In this document: piece after piece, positions 60,532-64,000 of the stretch
How positions within the stretch are numbered: the first letter of the stretch is position 1
How the letters are laid out: the number at the start of each line of letters is the position of its first letter
Origin: the human T2T-CHM13v2.0 reference genome, Homo sapiens
Assembly: GCF_009914755.1 (NCBI RefSeq)
Contig: NC_060938.1
Strand: one strand, 5' to 3'
Length of the DNA stretch: 64,000 nt
Position numbers and translations under genes: made by a program
Notes under the pieces: generated by a model
What the model was told of the DNA's origin: nothing
Seen by the model: only the letters and a program-made list of their open reading frames with translations
Database searches by the model: none

Positions 60532-60988
60532 TTAAAACCAATAGATAAAAGTTGCAGAAGGCAATTGTTCCTAAAACAACACATAAACTACTCTGGTAGG
60601 TCAATCATTTCCTGAATTATCTTTTAATAGGTCATGAAGCACTGCTATAATACTGTAATATGCTGAAGCAGAATCTTCCATAAATTTTATATTACACAGA
60701 TAATTCACCCCTAATAAAGTATTCCAAACCAACCTTTACTCTATTAAGTTTAAGGTATATCTGTTATATTTCCCTTTGTTTAATTTTCCAAAATTCTATG
60801 AAATGTTTCTTTCATATATTATAAATAGGTCTAAGAAAAGTATTTTTTCTCGTTTAACCCACTGTTCACATACATGCACAGCTGCAAGAATCACAAAGTC
60901 TGTTCTCTCTTTACTATGAATCCACAGACTTCACTTACAAAGGCTGGTGAAGAGCAATAATTGGTGATGTGTTACTTTGGTTTACAGG

Positions 60989-61052
60989 TTAAATAATATG
61001 GATTAAAATATTTTGAATTAAATAATATGGATTAAAATATATATATATATAT
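60989..61052. repeat. 23-bp direct duplication followed by (AT)n
   Basis: TTAAATAATATGGATTAAAATAT occurs at 60989 and 61018. Confidence 0.9.
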
Positions 61053-62349
61053 GATGTTTAATGACACTTTTCCTGTTACCTAGGATTTAGAAACTAGGAC
61101 CCAGAAAAGAGAAAAAGGAGGAATTAAGTGTCCTCACGTTCTAAAAAGAACTGAAAAAAAATTGAGGCCAGCCAGTCTCTTTTGGAAGTATTCCTCCCCT
61201 AAGGTGCTGCAAGCCAAGAGCATGATTCCTATATACTGAGAGTACTCACGAGAAGATACTATCTTTTCACTCTGGCTTAAATTAATACTTAGATATCAGA
61301 CTTAACGATGTTCTCTGTTCCTAAGTGGGCAGAAAAAACAATAAAGAGAAATAACAGGAAAAACACATGACATGACAATGACGCAGTTACCTCTAGCACC
61401 ATATGATATGAGTCACATGGGCCTACCTTAAAAAAGATGTCCACAAGAGCGAGGAGGCTCCAGCAACCCCAGGAAACTGTCTACCCACGTGGCTAGAACA
61501 CAGAGGGCCTACAACAGAGTTAACTAAGAATATCTCACATCAGGTTTTAACTGTGTAGTAGAAGACCTCAGCAGAGTCCATCACAGATGTAAAGCATGCA
61601 ACCTATGAGAGAGCTACCATTTGGACAACTGTCACATAGAAGAAGGCATTAATGGCCAGTGTAAATCACAGAGGCATCAAAACTCAATAGAATATTATTA
61701 CAAGCCTAGTTAAGTAAAAAGAAAGTTTTGCCCATTTCCTTCTATCTGGTCCCTAAACCTAGAATCAGAATTGGGGGAGGAGAGAGACATCTTAGAAATC
61801 ATCTATACAACCCTACTTAAATATAAATAAAGAAGGTGAAAGCATAGACTACAACAGCTTCCAAGTTTCAAGTTCTTAGGCCCCAAAGCCTGACTATTGC
61901 TGAGATGGGGAACAGCTTTAAATTAGATATGAGATTCATATATCATATTACCCTGTACTAAAGGTTTGTTTTTGTTTAATAATCAAAATGAATGGGATGT
62001 TATGAAATACACCACAATATTATTCTCTGCTACTCTGGTAGAGTCTATATAAAGTACAGTTGTAAGTGAAACAACCCACCTTAGGGAAAACATCAAGAAC
62101 ATAAAGGGGAAGATTAATTCAAGGTACATGTTGTGAGTAAAACAGACAAGAATTGGCAACAATTATAGAATAAACAGAGAATAGAAAAGGGAACAAGATC
62201 AAAATTAACCAATTTTTCCAGTTTGGATAACTTGAAAATCACTGGTGCCAATAAATAAAACAGGAAACACAGAGAAAGGCAAGTTTATAAATTTAAGAGA
62301 ATACATTTTTTGACACTGAGTTATTTATCTACTCGATTATTCATATACG

Positions 62350-62600
62350 CAGTACATACAGATTGAGCATCTACTATGTGGAAGACCCTATAAAAGTATT
62401 AAGGGTACAATGTCAATAAAGGTGACATGGTCTTCATCATTTTTGTAGCACTTATAGTCTAGTGAGCTAGAAAAGATTTGTAATTACAAGAAGCATTAAA
62501 AATATAGGATGTGTCACAAGAACAAAGGAAGGGTCCCTCAACCAGATTGAGGTGATCAGCAAAGACTTCCTGGATGATCATATAAGCTGAAACCTCAGCC
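62350..62600 (-). mobile_element. L2 3' fragment
   Basis: ATTGAGCATCTACTATGTG...CTTATAGTCTAGTG...AAAGACTTCCTGGA. Confidence 0.55.
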
Positions 62601-62614
62601 TTATATAAGGAACC

Positions 62615-62617
<3 letters not shown>

Positions 62618-62668
<51 letters not shown>

Positions 62669-62669
62669 T
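62618..62669. repeat. (GT)n microsatellite, 22 perfect units
   Basis: Perfect GT run 62618-62661 plus a degenerate tail. Confidence 0.97.
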
Positions 62670-63918
62670 CTGTACGTTTAAAAAAATAATACAGATACAT
62701 AACCAAATACCTGTGGAAGAAGTAACATGCCAAATTATGTGAACATATTATGTGTACTTTTAGGGTAAGGTAATTTACAGAAAGACTTTATGTAAGGTAT
62801 AAACAATCACATTTATTTTGAAATACATTAAATATAATAAAGTGTACATAAAACAAAAGATCAAAACAGTTTTGAGCTGAACATATGACTTAAGCATGAT
62901 CTACATAAAGGGAGTAATTAAAGCTAAAGGGATCTACGGGGCCAAGGACAGAATCGAATGTAACCCTAACATTTACGTGATGATTTCAAGAAACAAAAGA
63001 AATCCATAAAAATGTCTGAGATAGTACAGTTAGAGAAATAATGAGAGAAACTGGATCATACAATGTCAAATAAGCCAATGGAGGAAGAATAGTTACTAAT
63101 ATTGAATGCTTTAGAAAATTAAAAGAGGATGATGGTTACATGACTGAAAAAGATAGTTCAGTTAATTAAGCAACTAATAAAGATACCATGAACTCTGAAA
63201 GAGTTGGATAACCAGGAGTAATAAAATGCTGAGAAAAAAAGAAACTCAGTAGACTACCCTTTCAAAAAATTTTGTTGGTATGTAAAAGGGAGAGAAAGTG
63301 ACCACAGGTATTACCAGAATTAAAGAAAGGATTTAGCTTTTGGTAATTTTGTATAAAATAAGAACTGAACATATTATAAAGCCAAAGAGAAAGATCTCAT
63401 GAAAAAATTTAAAAGATCCAAAAGAATGAGATAAGAATCTGAAAAAGATAAAGGGGGGCATGATAAATGATTCCTAAAAAGAATAGAGAATTCTCATTCT
63501 ATATATGTAGACAAGGATTAAAGGTGAAATTAAATTATAATTTGAAGTATAAAAGGAAGTTGAGGGAGGTCCTTAAAGATGACCTAAATAAACTGTGAAG
63601 CAAGTACATTTACAGAGTATAAATCTGTTGGGGTGAGTTTCTGGGTTGAAAAAGATGAAAAAAGTTTAAAGAGGCACAAAATGTAAAGCTAATCAGAAAT
63701 AAACAAAAGGATAACAGCAACAGAGCTGGCTCAACTGAAAAGATATGTTAGACTGAGTAGCAGAATCAACTGGCCTGATTTCAGTCTTTATCTAAGGATG
63801 CTCAGCAACCCCACAGCAAAAGTACACAAAGTGCAAGACAATAAAAACATAAGGCTGAGCCACATGAGATCTTACATTTTATCTTCAATACTAACAGCTC
63901 AAGAAAGCAAAGATTACA

Positions 63919-64000
63919 CTTTTTTTTTTTTTTTTTTTTGAGACAGAGTCTCCCTCTGTCACCCAGGCTGGAGTGCAGTGGCACAATCTCAGCGCACTGC
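63919..64000 (-). mobile_element. Alu (3' end only, cut by the window edge)
   Basis: Poly-T followed by GAGACAGAGTCTCCCTCTGTCACCCAGGCTGGAGTGCAGTGG. Confidence 0.95.

Overview
This is AT-rich, CpG-poor primate (most likely human) genomic DNA, not prokaryotic. It holds 13 Alu SINEs (J, S and Y types), many decayed L1/L2/MIR fragments, MaLR LTRs and several fossil DNA transposons. I find no convincing protein-coding exon, RNA gene, CpG island or CRISPR array, and the ORF track is essentially noise (Alu-derived, other repeat-derived or low-complexity). The + strand is visibly A-rich and most L1/ERV copies lie on +, so the window is probably inside one long intron of a gene transcribed on the - strand; I cannot name that gene. 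The most informative structures are: (1) a near-complete hAT-Charlie element of Cheshire/MER58 type (11608-14034) with both TIRs, a decayed 8-bp TSD and readable transposase motifs; (2) a 5'-truncated class III (ERVL-like) provirus (~16790-20187) with RNase H/integrase remnants, PPT and 3' LTR; (3) MER8 nested in MER82; (4) a perfect 30-bp foldback and other template-switch scars inside old repeats; (5) several non-repeat islands with minus-strand splice-site pairs (candidate poison or non-coding exons) or clustered TF motifs (candidate enhancers). I do not see evidence for a new biological system. Repeat family names come from recalled consensus sequences and need RepeatMasker/Dfam confirmation.
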